Shown piece after piece: positions 1 to 9,273 of a stretch of 64,000 nucleotides of DNA. Position numbers and translations under genes: made by a program. The stretch is from Candidatus Zhuqueibacterota bacterium (lineage in GTDB: Bacteria; Zhuqueibacterota; Zhuqueibacteria; Zhuqueibacterales; Geothermadaptataceae). The stretch covers positions 3,235 to 67,234 of the forward strand of contig JAUZRQ010000023.1 in the NCBI GenBank assembly GCA_030950365.1, in the 5' to 3' direction. Under the pieces are notes generated by a model that saw only the letters and a program-made list of their open reading frames with translations, made no database searches and was not told the DNA's origin. How positions within the stretch are numbered: position 1 is the first letter of the stretch; every line of letters begins with the position of its first letter.

Positions 1-360
1 TACCAGAATTTTGTGAAACAGCATGCCCACATTACCAATGAATTTAGCTTCGCTCTCGTCAGGCATGATTTTGTGCTGGTCTTCCTGCCTGATCTTTTCG
101 GGCCCGATCACGCGTTTGAAGACAAGGTGATGTTCTTCTTTAAGGTTGTATAAAATATTGCAGATTTTTTCCAACTCACGGAAGGGGAATTCGCTCAGCG
201 GATTGGCTTTTTTATAATGTTCTCTGAATTGCGCCAGCGCTTCAATATAACGGGAGACCATGTGACATATCTTCCAATCGCGGATATTCAACAGGTAATC
301 GGAAATCTGTCCTCGTTCTTTTTTGGAAAGAAAAATATCGCTTTTGCGCCGTGCAATCAT
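1..360 (-). CDS. hypothetical protein, first 120 codons only (gene runs off the left edge)
   Basis: ATG at 360-358 with AAGGA 5 nt upstream. The frame stays open to base 1 (MIARRKSDIFLSKKERGQISDYLLNIRDWK...). It is absent from the ORF track because no stop lies in the window. No family recognised. Confidence 0.5.
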   Translation of the reverse strand, partial: MIARRKSDIFLSKKERGQISDYLLNIRDWKICHMVSRYIEALAQFREHYKKANPLSEFPFRELEKICNILYNLKEEHHLVFKRVIGPEKIRQEDQHKIMPDESEAKFIGNVGMLFHKILV

Positions 361-631
361 GGCCGTCCTTTCACACTGTGTTCCTCATCCTGTGATACCA
401 CTTGTTTGAACATCGTCGCCAAAATGGCTTTCTAAAGATGCAGGACAGGCAAAAATCGAACCTGTTTCAAAAGATACAACCATAGTTGTGCAAAAATCAA
501 GACATTGCGATACGATTGCGAAAAAAATTTGCAATTTTCCGAACCCGGTTTTTTAGCAGGGAAACCACGATGGAATGCAGGAATGCACCATTGGTGGGAA
601 GTTTGAACGTTTTCTTATATTGTCAAGCCTG

Positions 632-1190
632 GATGCCTTTGGCGGCCGTTCCGTTTTAACCACTGATTTCACTGATTTGCACAGATGAGAAAGAGGTATC
701 AAAGTATCCCCGTGCTTTTCTTCGAGGCCTCGTGTTCTTCCTGCTTCAAAAATATTACTCTGTAGGCACTTCAAAAGTGCGTAGCTGCAACACCATCCTC
801 ATCTTCATCCGTACAAATCCGCGTCATCGGCGTCATCCGTGTTCGCTTCTTTAGCGATTTCGCTGAAAGATTGCAATTTTGCCAGTGTCTTTTTTCAACC
901 ATCATGCCCGCGTGCCTCTGACGGGCGTCCTCTTTTAACCACTGATTTCACTGATTTGCACAGATGAGAAAGCGTTTTCAAAACATCCCCGCGCCTTACT
1001 TCGTGTGCTTTGCGTCCTTCGTGGTTTAAAACATCCCCCCGGCGGTTACTTCAAAATAGCATAGCTACAGGCCAATTCTCATCAGCATCCGTACAAATCC
1101 GCGTCATCCGTGTCATCCGCGTTCGCTTTTGTCTCGCTTTTGCGGAATGTTTGCAAGCTCATCCGCCCACAAGGGGCGCGGGCATCCTCG
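632..1190. repeat. two-unit tandem duplication, period ~279-280 bp (unit A ~632-910, unit B ~911-1190)
   Basis: Module 1 (ttttaaccactgatttcactgatttgcacagatgagaaag) is 40/40 identical at 654-693 and 933-972. Module 2 (catccgtacaaatccgcgtcatc.g.gtcatccg.gttcgctt) is 40/43 identical at 806-848 and 1086-1128. The ~110 nt between the modules is clearly more diverged. Confidence 0.9.
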
Positions 1191-1215
1191 TGCTGTTCGT
1201 GGCGGAATAGATAAC

Positions 1216-3780
1216 TTATTGCGCTGCTGACTGCAGGATACCATTGAAAAACAGCTTATACGTCACGCGGAACTGGGCGCGGAACTGCGGCCGGAAGCCG
1301 TAAAGAATCACGCGTCCGTTGCCATGGGGGATTTGCAGCATGGCTTTCTTATTAAAAAGCACTTTTTCGCCGTTCAGCCAGCCGCTCAGCAGCGGATTCC
1401 CCATCGGATACGAAACGATGGTCTCCCCGGCAGTAGTCTGAAACACCGGACTGTTGACGAACAGCACCACGCCCTGTTCCGGCATGCCGAAGCCCAACGG
1501 GTGGCGATGGTCGATGTACACACGCAGCACCGAGCCGGGGCAATAAAATTGATCCGGCTTCAAGTTGGCAGCGATGTTTTGCACCGGCAAATAAAATTCT
1601 TCGATGGGCAGGGCCGTGGCGCGATCAAACGCCAGCAGGGTGCCGCCGTTTTTCACGAACGTTTCCAGTTGCCGCACGCCGATCTCGCCAATGCCGCCGG
1701 TGTACTCCTCGGGCAGGCTGCCTTTGCGGCGGCCTTCGATGATCTGTTTCCTGGCCTGAGACGGCAGCACAATAACATCGAAGTTGTCGTTCAGATGCCC
1801 CGCTCGGATGTCTTTATCGCGCAGGGTGACATAATCGAATCCATACTCTTCGAGAACCCAGCGCGTCCACCCCTCATCGATGACGGGCCAGTAGCTTTTG
1901 TACACCCCCAGTCGCGGTTTGCGGTAACGGATCAGCTTTTCCTGGGGGACACCATTCGTTCCGACCAGGTCGAGTCCGAATTGCTTTGCCAGGGTTGTCA
2001 GCTGGGTTTTGATATTGCCGGGGGAAATCACAAACGTGCCGGCGTCCCAGGTTTCATCGCCGACAACCATCGCTTCGCGCAGCCGGCTGATCGACATCCC
2101 GGCTTCGAAACAGGCGTTGACCAGCTTGTAAGCCTGATTGCTTCGCGCCGTCAGCAGAAAATGCCGCGCGCCGCTGTTTTTCACCCGCGAACGAACCGCC
2201 GGCGGTGCATCCAACAGCTTCAAACGGGCTTTGAACGGATCGGCGACTTTCACCACATCCACGCCCAGGAACAGCGGCAGGGTGTGCGCGGTGACATCAT
2301 AAGGTCGGCGCAATTTGCCGCCGTTGCGAATTTCCGGATAATGCTGCCGCTGCAGCATGGCACGGGCAAACGCGCCGTACGGCTGCGCCGATTTGACCAC
2401 CAGCGTGCCTTTCGGATAGCGGGCACCGTCGGCGGTGAAACTGCTTCTCGCCTCATGCACCTCCACCATGGCGGTCTGCAAAATATCCACCAGCTCCCTC
2501 ACCGCGTGCGGATCGGCCTGCGCCGGTGGGATCAAAAATGCGTACGGATTGGTTTTCGGCGCTACTGCCTTCCTGGCGACCTCGTAGTAGCTTTTCAGCC
2601 AGTGTTGCCGGTTGCGCGCCATGTGATCCAGCACGGCCAGCGCGGCCGAGCGGTTGTATTCGACGATATCTTTCAGCGTCCATTTGCCGCCGCGCCACGG
2701 TGCTGGATAGTTCCAGCTCGCCCGTTTCGGATCATAACCGTAGCGGCCGCGCAAATCCTGCCATTTGATGGTGACGGATGACGCCAGGTTGGCGCTGGCG
2801 ACTTCGGTCAAAAATCGCACGCCATGATGATAATGCGGATAGGCGCGCGCCGGCGTCCAGGCGTCGAAAATGGCGTTGAGCACCACGCCCCTTTTGCCCT
2901 CGGCGATGAGGGTGGAAAACACATCCGAACCCGCGCGGGCGATTTGCGCCACCAGGATCGGATCCACGTTCGGTTCCACCGGGTCGATGTACGGCGGCAC
3001 GAAAATCCGCGCGCCGTTGCGCCCCATCTGGTGCATGTCCAGCGTGAGCTGCGGCCGCCACACGTTGTGAATTTTTTCCACGGTGATGCGGGTTTCCGCC
3101 TGCGTAAACATGAACCAGTCGCGGTTGTTGTCGTGATCCACGTATTTCTGATACAGAAACGGCGGCCGGGCGGAAACGTATTTGGTGCCCTTCACCTTTT
3201 TGTACCACTCCACCACCTTCTTTTGACCATCCGGATTATGGGCCGGCACCAGCAGGGTCACCACATTCTTTAAGATGCGTTCGCTGCGAGGATCCGTTCC
3301 GGCGCACAGCTCATAGGCCAGTTGCGGCGCCATTTGCGCCGGGCCGACCTCTGTGGAATGGATGCTGCAATTCACCAGCACCACCACCGGTTGCGTGCGA
3401 ATGATGCGCACGGTTTCGCTGGCATCGGTCTTGCGCGGATCGGCCAGTCTGGCCTGCCCTTTGCGAATGGCGGCCAGGTTTTTCATGTTCTCCGGCGCGG
3501 AAATGATGGCCATCACAAAATCGTTGCCCTCGGTGGTTTTGCCCAGCCGCTGCAACTGCATGCGCGGACTGGCCGCCGCAAGCTTTTCCAAGTAGGCGAT
3601 AATTTCATCGTAGCTGGCCAGTTTCTCCGGCGTCCCGGGCACAAAACCAAATGCTTCTTTCGGCGTTGGCAGATTTTTGGTTTCATCCGATCCGGCGGCC
3701 CGGGCCGTTGCCTGCAGCGCCTGCAACAGCAGGAGAATGGCCAATCCAAAAACCAGCCTGGCTGTTCTCATCTTTTGCAT
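1216..3780 (-). CDS. secreted M14-family zinc carboxypeptidase with long C-terminal extension (paralog A)
   Basis: ORF 1216-3864 trimmed to ATG 3780, which has GAGGTGA 5 nt upstream and gives the signal peptide MQKMRTARLVFGLAILLLLQALQATARA. M14 hallmarks: HxxE in NCSIHSTEVG, NPDG, DHDNNRDW, and a later His in DMHQMG. Confidence 0.85.
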   Translation of the reverse strand: MQKMRTARLVFGLAILLLLQALQATARAAGSDETKNLPTPKEAFGFVPGTPEKLASYDEIIAYLEKLAAASPRMQLQRLGKTTEGNDFVMAIISAPENMKNLAAIRKGQARLADPRKTDASETVRIIRTQPVVVLVNCSIHSTEVGPAQMAPQLAYELCAGTDPRSERILKNVVTLLVPAHNPDGQKKVVEWYKKVKGTKYVSARPPFLYQKYVDHDNNRDWFMFTQAETRITVEKIHNVWRPQLTLDMHQMGRNGARIFVPPYIDPVEPNVDPILVAQIARAGSDVFSTLIAEGKRGVVLNAIFDAWTPARAYPHYHHGVRFLTEVASANLASSVTIKWQDLRGRYGYDPKRASWNYPAPWRGGKWTLKDIVEYNRSAALAVLDHMARNRQHWLKSYYEVARKAVAPKTNPYAFLIPPAQADPHAVRELVDILQTAMVEVHEARSSFTADGARYPKGTLVVKSAQPYGAFARAMLQRQHYPEIRNGGKLRRPYDVTAHTLPLFLGVDVVKVADPFKARLKLLDAPPAVRSRVKNSGARHFLLTARSNQAYKLVNACFEAGMSISRLREAMVVGDETWDAGTFVISPGNIKTQLTTLAKQFGLDLVGTNGVPQEKLIRYRKPRLGVYKSYWPVIDEGWTRWVLEEYGFDYVTLRDKDIRAGHLNDNFDVIVLPSQARKQIIEGRRKGSLPEEYTGGIGEIGVRQLETFVKNGGTLLAFDRATALPIEEFYLPVQNIAANLKPDQFYCPGSVLRVYIDHRHPLGFGMPEQGVVLFVNSPVFQTTAGETIVSYPMGNPLLSGWLNGEKVLFNKKAMLQIPHGNGRVILYGFRPQFRAQFRVTYKLFFNGILQSAAQ

Positions 3781-3860
3781 TCGATTCACCTCGACGTCAG
3801 TGAGTTCATCGATTTGTACTGGTTTGCACCCGCACCCAATTGTCTTTGCGGCTCCCCATA

Positions 3861-6467
3861 TCACTCATCGGTCGTAGCCACCACACCGGCGCGGGTCTGG
3901 ACGGCGCGGCTGAGATAAAGACCGTTGAATACCAGTTTGTAGGTGCCATGCGTTTGCGCCCGGTGCTGCGGCCGGAAGCCATACAGCACGATGCGGCCGT
4001 CGCCCTGGCGTACCTCGGTCATGGCGGCCTGGCCGTACAGCAGTGAATCACCCTGCAGCCAGCCGCTCATCAGCGGTTTGGCCATCGGATAGGTGAGGAT
4101 CGGCGTTCCTTCCATGGTGCGAAACACCGGGTTGCTGCGGAAAAAGATGTTGGCCTCACGCGGCATGCCGAATGCCAGTGGATGGGACTGATTCACCAAA
4201 ACGCGCAGGATCGATCCCGGCGCCGAGAACTGACGCTTTTTAGCCACCACATTTTGAATTTTCAGCCAGAAGGACTTGATGGGCAGATCGCAGGCCTGCC
4301 CGAAACACAGCAGGGTGCCACCGTTTTCCACAAAGGCCTGCAAATTGCGCACGCCCACCTCGCCGATGCCACCGCAGTATTCCTTCGGATAGGTGCGTTT
4401 GCCAGGCTGATAGCGAAAGCCGTTGATGATCAGGCTATCGCGCATGGACGGCAGGATGATCACATCGAATTGGTCGATTAAATTGCCGGCGCGCACGTCG
4501 GCATCGCTGATGTTTCGGTAGGGGAACTCGAAATCTTCCAGCACGTAGCGCGTCCAGCCTTCATCCATGTTGGGCACCCAGCCGCGGTACAGCCCGATGC
4601 GAGGCTGGCTCAGGCTCAACGCCTCAAACGCGGCCGGCTGCTGTACCGTCCCGATTTCCACCGTCAGGCCGCGCACGGCCTGGCGCAGCTTTTTGAGATG
4701 TTCCGCGGTGCCCGCGATCAGGAACTGCCCGGGGGCCACGCGCCGGTCGCCATCCAGCACGGATTCGGTGTTCCATAGCACTTCGACGTTTTTAGCCAGC
4801 AGCCGATTGACCGCGCGGTAGGCATCGTTGCTGCCGCTGTGAACCACATAATAGGCGGGATTGGCTGCCAGCTCCTGCGTCACCGGCCATGCCGACACTC
4901 GGTTCAGGACCTCGCCCTTGAACTCAAACCAGTTTTGAATACGAATCACATCCACGCCCATTTGATAATTGAGGGTCCAGCCGGTCATGTCGTAAGGATT
5001 CTCCAGCGGGCCGCCCGGATACCGCCGCCTTTCCGGATAAAACTGTGGATTCAATAGCGCCACCACGTTGGCCCGGAACGGCTGCTCGCACGAAATGACA
5101 AACGTACCGGCATCGAAATGGTGGCCGTCGGCGACGAACGGACGTTTGGCCTGCTGCACTTCCACGCCCTGGGCGATGAGAATCTCAAGCATTTTGCGCG
5201 CCGAGGCGGGGTCGTGCTGCTGCAGCGGCACCACAAACGCCGCCGGCGCTTCCTTGCGGCCTTTTTCCAGCGCGCGCTGGCCCATGAGGTGAAAATTTTC
5301 CAGCCACATACGCCGGTGCTTTGCGGCGAGGGTCAATACCGAGCGCACCGTAATATGCTCCATATCGATAATATCTCTCAGCCGCCACACACCGCCCGGC
5401 CAGGGTTCAGGCAGATTGGTTTGGAACTTTTTCACATCGCCCAGGCCACGTCGTCCCCCCCGTAAATTTTCTTTGCGGACCGTATCCGGAGTGGCGATCC
5501 AGGCGCTGGCGGCTTCGGTGAGCAAGCCCACCATGTTGTGAAAATACGGCGCCGTGCGAAAGCCGCCGTGCCACCACATGTCGTAAATCGCCTCGGTGGC
5601 CACGCCTTTGACCCCGGCCGCCGAAAGCGCCGTGGCCATGTGCCCGCCAATGAGCATGATTTGCCGCAGGATCAGTGGATCGATCTCCGGATTGGTGACC
5701 TCATAAAACGGCGGGATCACCATGCGCGCGCTGGTCCGCCCCATCTGATGTAAATCATAGACGATCTGCGGGAACCATTGCTGATACAGCACGCGGGTCA
5801 CCGCGCGGGTTTCTGGCAGGTTCAGCATGTACCAGTCGCGGTTGTTATCATGCCCGGCGTATTTCTGATACAGTTTCGGCGGCGCCAGTCCTTCGTGCGG
5901 CTTGCCCACGCTTTTGCGGTACCAGTCCACCACCAGATCGATGCCATCCGGATTCGGCGACGGGATGAGCAGAATCACCACGTTGTTTAAAATCTCCAGG
6001 GTTTCTTCGTCCTGGCCCCAAGCCATGCGGTAGGCCAGTTCCATGGAGAACTGCGACGCGCCGATTTCCGTGGAATGGATACTGCAATTGAGCAGCACCA
6101 CCGCTGGCATGGTGTTCAAAATGCGCTCCTTTTCGGCGTTGTTCAACTTGCGAGGATCGGCCAGCTTGCGCATGGCCTCTCGGATCGCGGCCTGCCGGCG
6201 CAGGTTTTTTGGAGCCGAGATGATGGCCATGATCATGGTCCGGCCTTCGCTCGACTTGCCGATCTCGGTAATCTCAATGCGGTCGCTTTCACCAGCCAGT
6301 TGGCGCAAATAGCCAGTGATTTGTGACCAATCCGCCAGTTTGCGGTCTTCGCCGATTCGAAAGTTCAGATAGCGTTCGGGCGGCGTGATCTGCGCCAAAC
6401 TCGAGCCGACGAATAACAACGCCATCATCATCAAACCGAACGCGCGCTTTTGGATGTTCAACCTCAT
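3861..6467 (-). CDS. secreted M14-family zinc carboxypeptidase with long C-terminal extension (paralog B)
   Basis: 868-aa ORF with GAGGGAG SD and signal peptide MRLNIQKRAFGLMMMALLFVGSSLAQ. Carries NCSIHSTEIG, NPDG, GHDNNRDW and DLHQMG. Collinear with paralog A, roughly half identical by eye. An 80-bp gap to paralog A shows no terminator. Confidence 0.85.
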   Translation of the reverse strand: MRLNIQKRAFGLMMMALLFVGSSLAQITPPERYLNFRIGEDRKLADWSQITGYLRQLAGESDRIEITEIGKSSEGRTMIMAIISAPKNLRRQAAIREAMRKLADPRKLNNAEKERILNTMPAVVLLNCSIHSTEIGASQFSMELAYRMAWGQDEETLEILNNVVILLIPSPNPDGIDLVVDWYRKSVGKPHEGLAPPKLYQKYAGHDNNRDWYMLNLPETRAVTRVLYQQWFPQIVYDLHQMGRTSARMVIPPFYEVTNPEIDPLILRQIMLIGGHMATALSAAGVKGVATEAIYDMWWHGGFRTAPYFHNMVGLLTEAASAWIATPDTVRKENLRGGRRGLGDVKKFQTNLPEPWPGGVWRLRDIIDMEHITVRSVLTLAAKHRRMWLENFHLMGQRALEKGRKEAPAAFVVPLQQHDPASARKMLEILIAQGVEVQQAKRPFVADGHHFDAGTFVISCEQPFRANVVALLNPQFYPERRRYPGGPLENPYDMTGWTLNYQMGVDVIRIQNWFEFKGEVLNRVSAWPVTQELAANPAYYVVHSGSNDAYRAVNRLLAKNVEVLWNTESVLDGDRRVAPGQFLIAGTAEHLKKLRQAVRGLTVEIGTVQQPAAFEALSLSQPRIGLYRGWVPNMDEGWTRYVLEDFEFPYRNISDADVRAGNLIDQFDVIILPSMRDSLIINGFRYQPGKRTYPKEYCGGIGEVGVRNLQAFVENGGTLLCFGQACDLPIKSFWLKIQNVVAKKRQFSAPGSILRVLVNQSHPLAFGMPREANIFFRSNPVFRTMEGTPILTYPMAKPLMSGWLQGDSLLYGQAAMTEVRQGDGRIVLYGFRPQHRAQTHGTYKLVFNGLYLSRAVQTRAGVVATTDE

Positions 6468-6895
6468 TCAAACTCCCTCGCTTTCAGGCCCAAAGTTTCC
6501 GACCAGTCCACAAAGTTCATCCCTACACAAATGGTGTGTGTCATGCTTATATTTCTACGTAAAGCAAATTTTCTACCTGGTTTGTTTTATGCAATTCGCC
6601 AACTTCTCCTGCTGAAGAATATCTTATGGTCCAGCACACCGTCCAACGTCCCCCGGAATCAGTTTCAGAAGGCGGATATGGTATTATAAAAGATTCTGAT
6701 TCTGCCATTTTGTTCAATTGAAAATAGCAGGGCAGCCCGGAGTGATTGCCCCCGCAGAGGCTCCCATTCAGCATTGTGCGCACCTTCCAAAAAGCCGCCC
6801 GCTGTCGCTTATGGCACCAAGTCCTTGAAATAGGCGCGGATATCGCAACGCTATTTGTGGCCGGGGAAGTACAAGGCAATGTTCCTTAAAAATGT

Positions 6896-6920
6896 TGCTC
6901 AAAAGCCCGAAGGGCTCCCC
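6896..6920 (-). terminator. putative rho-independent terminator after the M28 gene
   Basis: Minus strand reads AGCCC-TTC-GGGCT followed by TTTTGAGC, about 50 nt after the stop at 6968. The stem is short (5 bp). Confidence 0.45.
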
Positions 6921-6967
6921 GCGCTGCCATGTCCCTGTTTCTGCCGAAATCGCCTTACTTCCATTGG

Positions 6968-9079
6968 TCAATGCTTGCCTGCAGATTGCAGCAGTTCCCG
7001 CAGTTCGCGCGTTTTTTTCACCGCCTGAGCCAGCCGCTCCTGCACGCGCACTATTTCCGAGGCCAGCTTATCCCAGTTTTTGCGCTTGAAATAGTAATAC
7101 AGCCCCGGATACGGCCGCGACGCATAGCCCGTGTACAGGCCGGGCGCAAACAGTTGATGTTTGTACCAGGACCGTCCCGGCAGGCCTTTCTCATCCAGGA
7201 ACGCGCGCTCGATATCCATGATCATTTCATTGACCACATCGCGGTTGAGATCGCCGGGCAGGTTGGACAGATCGCCCAGGGATTCAGCCTCGCTCAGCCA
7301 GTCCCGGCAGGTTTCCAGGATGGCGGTCAGGGCAATGTCGTCCGGTACACCGCTTTCAGCGAATTGCTTTTGCAGCTTTTCAGCGTGCTTTAGCATCTCA
7401 CGGGCGTACTGCGCAATGTGAAAGGGCACCACCGCCGCATTGGCCAGCCGGTGCACCATCAGCGCCGCGATGCGCGCCATGGTGGCATGATACAGAAATT
7501 CAGGATCGCCGAAATGCGACATCCAGTAAAAGTTGTCGTAAATCGCATGGTACACGCCGTAAGGGCCGCCGAATCCCATGGACAGGCTGGGAACACCGGC
7601 ATGGTCGAAGAAGGCGGTGTAATCGCTGCCGCTGCCCAGATCGCCGAACCGCAGATACAGCGAATCGCGGGAGAACAGGCCCGGTGGCAATGCTTTCTTT
7701 TTCTTATTTTGTGCGCGCCACACCTGTTCCAGCAGCGGCCGCCCGTTCTTCGGATCGTTCACGCGCGCCAGAATATCCTGAATCAGTGGCTTCAGGCCCG
7801 GCGTGGCCGAGGCGCCAAAGTTCTTGCCTGCCACTCCCACATCGATGTTCACATACGCGACGGCATTGTTGCGCAAAAACTCGCGGTTGGCTTCCACCCA
7901 CTCCGTACTGCCCAGCAGTCCGTATTCTTCGGCGTCCCAGAATGCAAACACAATGGTGCGCTTCGGCCGGTAGCCCTGCTTCACCAGATCGGAAAAGGTG
8001 CGCGCTGCCTCCAGCACCACCGCCGTACCGGAACTCGGATCAACCGCGCCGTAAGTCCAGGCGTCGTGATGATTGCCGACAACCACCCACTGATCCGGAT
8101 ACTGGCTGCCAGGAATCCGCGCGATCACGTTCCAGATCGGCCGGATCTGGTAATCCATGTCCACATGGATTTTCACCTCGGCTGGACCCGGACCGGTGTG
8201 GTAGGCAAACGGCAGTCCGCCCTGCCAGCCCTTTGGCACATTGGGGCCGCCCAGATATTGGATGATGCGACGGGCATCGCCGTAGCTGATCGGTAGCGTG
8301 GGAATGGCCGGCAGATTCTCTGCTTCCGCCGGATCGATGCGCCGGGCTTCGCTGGTGGCGGCCACGCCGGGCGTCAACGGATCGCCGGGATAGAGGAACA
8401 TGTATTGAATGGAGCCTCGCTGCACCCCGAATTCCGGCCTGTACGGTCCATTGGGATAAACATCGCCTTTCATGTAGCCGTCGTCCGCGGGATCGGAATA
8501 AATCAGTAGACCAACCGCGCCATGCTCTTCGGCGACTTTGGCTTTGACGCCGCGGAACACCTTGCCGTAACGGGCGAGCGCAATTTTTCCGCGCACGTCC
8601 ACGCCGAGCTGGCGAAGGGCGTCATAATCCTCCGGCCGACCATAATTGACGTACACCACCTGGGCCTGCGCTTCGCCGCCTGGCGAATAAGCGTTGAAGC
8701 CCGGGAACACGTTGCTGGCGTACGAATCCTTATCCACCGGGAAACCGGCTTCCGGCGTGGGCCCGACGAACGAATCCGGCCGGGTGATGACCATGCGCAC
8801 GGCCCGCGGATAGGGAAGATACACATCGTAAGCCACGATTTCGGGCTGAAGACCGAAGCCAATCAGTCGGTTTTTGATGTATTGCACCACCTGGAAATCT
8901 TCTTCCGTGCCGGCCACGTGCGGCTCTTCGGTCAGACGAAACAGGTAGGCTTTGCAACTGTCGGGTTGCGGCACCTGCAAGATGTGTTGTTCCCAGTCCT
9001 GCGCCAGCAACGTCATCGGAATCGCAAACCAGACAAAGGCCAGCCCCCAGAAGCGCCAATCACTCCTGCGACATCGCAT
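6968..9079 (-). CDS. secreted M28 peptidase, glutamate carboxypeptidase II / transferrin-receptor-like (PA domain + M28 + C-terminal helical domain)
   Basis: 703-aa ORF with GGAGGGAG SD. GNHHDAWTYGAVDPSSGTAVVLEAARTF and FAFWDAEEYGLLGSTEWVE closely match the GCPII/NAALADase zinc-site motifs as I recall them. N-terminal hydrophobic signal. Confidence 0.85.
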   Translation of the reverse strand: MRCRRSDWRFWGLAFVWFAIPMTLLAQDWEQHILQVPQPDSCKAYLFRLTEEPHVAGTEEDFQVVQYIKNRLIGFGLQPEIVAYDVYLPYPRAVRMVITRPDSFVGPTPEAGFPVDKDSYASNVFPGFNAYSPGGEAQAQVVYVNYGRPEDYDALRQLGVDVRGKIALARYGKVFRGVKAKVAEEHGAVGLLIYSDPADDGYMKGDVYPNGPYRPEFGVQRGSIQYMFLYPGDPLTPGVAATSEARRIDPAEAENLPAIPTLPISYGDARRIIQYLGGPNVPKGWQGGLPFAYHTGPGPAEVKIHVDMDYQIRPIWNVIARIPGSQYPDQWVVVGNHHDAWTYGAVDPSSGTAVVLEAARTFSDLVKQGYRPKRTIVFAFWDAEEYGLLGSTEWVEANREFLRNNAVAYVNIDVGVAGKNFGASATPGLKPLIQDILARVNDPKNGRPLLEQVWRAQNKKKKALPPGLFSRDSLYLRFGDLGSGSDYTAFFDHAGVPSLSMGFGGPYGVYHAIYDNFYWMSHFGDPEFLYHATMARIAALMVHRLANAAVVPFHIAQYAREMLKHAEKLQKQFAESGVPDDIALTAILETCRDWLSEAESLGDLSNLPGDLNRDVVNEMIMDIERAFLDEKGLPGRSWYKHQLFAPGLYTGYASRPYPGLYYYFKRKNWDKLASEIVRVQERLAQAVKKTRELRELLQSAGKH

Positions 9080-9164
9080 GTCTTGATCACTCCCTCCTTC
9101 AAACTCTATACAGCGGTCAAGTTTCTCTACAATAGACGTTCATCGTCTGGACCACGTTCAGCTC

Positions 9165-9220
9165 AAAATATAACACAAATGCGGATATTCGGGAAAGCAA
9201 AAATCACGAATATCCGCATT
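9165..9220 (-). terminator. rho-independent terminator after the S8 peptidase gene
   Basis: Perfect 14-bp stem aatgcggatattcg / cgaatatccgcatt (9178-9220) with a 15-nt loop. On the minus strand it is followed by TGTGTTATATTTTGAG. Confidence 0.75.
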
Positions 9221-9273
9221 CAATTCGTTTTCAGGGATTCGGTTCATGGTAGCCGGCAGGGTCGGTTACGGGC

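Noticed and set aside
632-1190. Possible CRISPR array
   Set aside because: There are only two units with a ~279-bp period. The conserved parts are 40-43 nt but are separated by related (not unique) sequence. There is no cas gene and no repeat-spacer regularity.
553-1210. ORFs 553-774 (minus, 73 aa) and 1010-1210 (plus, 66 aa)
   Set aside because: They are read straight through the repeat modules (LCKSVKSVVK, IRVIRVIRV), lack SD sequences, and are not preserved as ORFs between the two repeat units.
1324-2781. Long plus-strand ORFs: 1324-2781 (485 aa), 7418-8296, 12617-13804, 14104-15855 (583 aa), 15552-16769, 20195-21124, 34725-36221 (498 aa), 52871-53776 and similar
   Set aside because: Each lies exactly antisense to a minus-strand gene with clear family motifs. 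Their translations are Arg/His/Gln/Gly-rich low-complexity sequence with no SD. They are typical shadow ORFs in GC-rich coding DNA.
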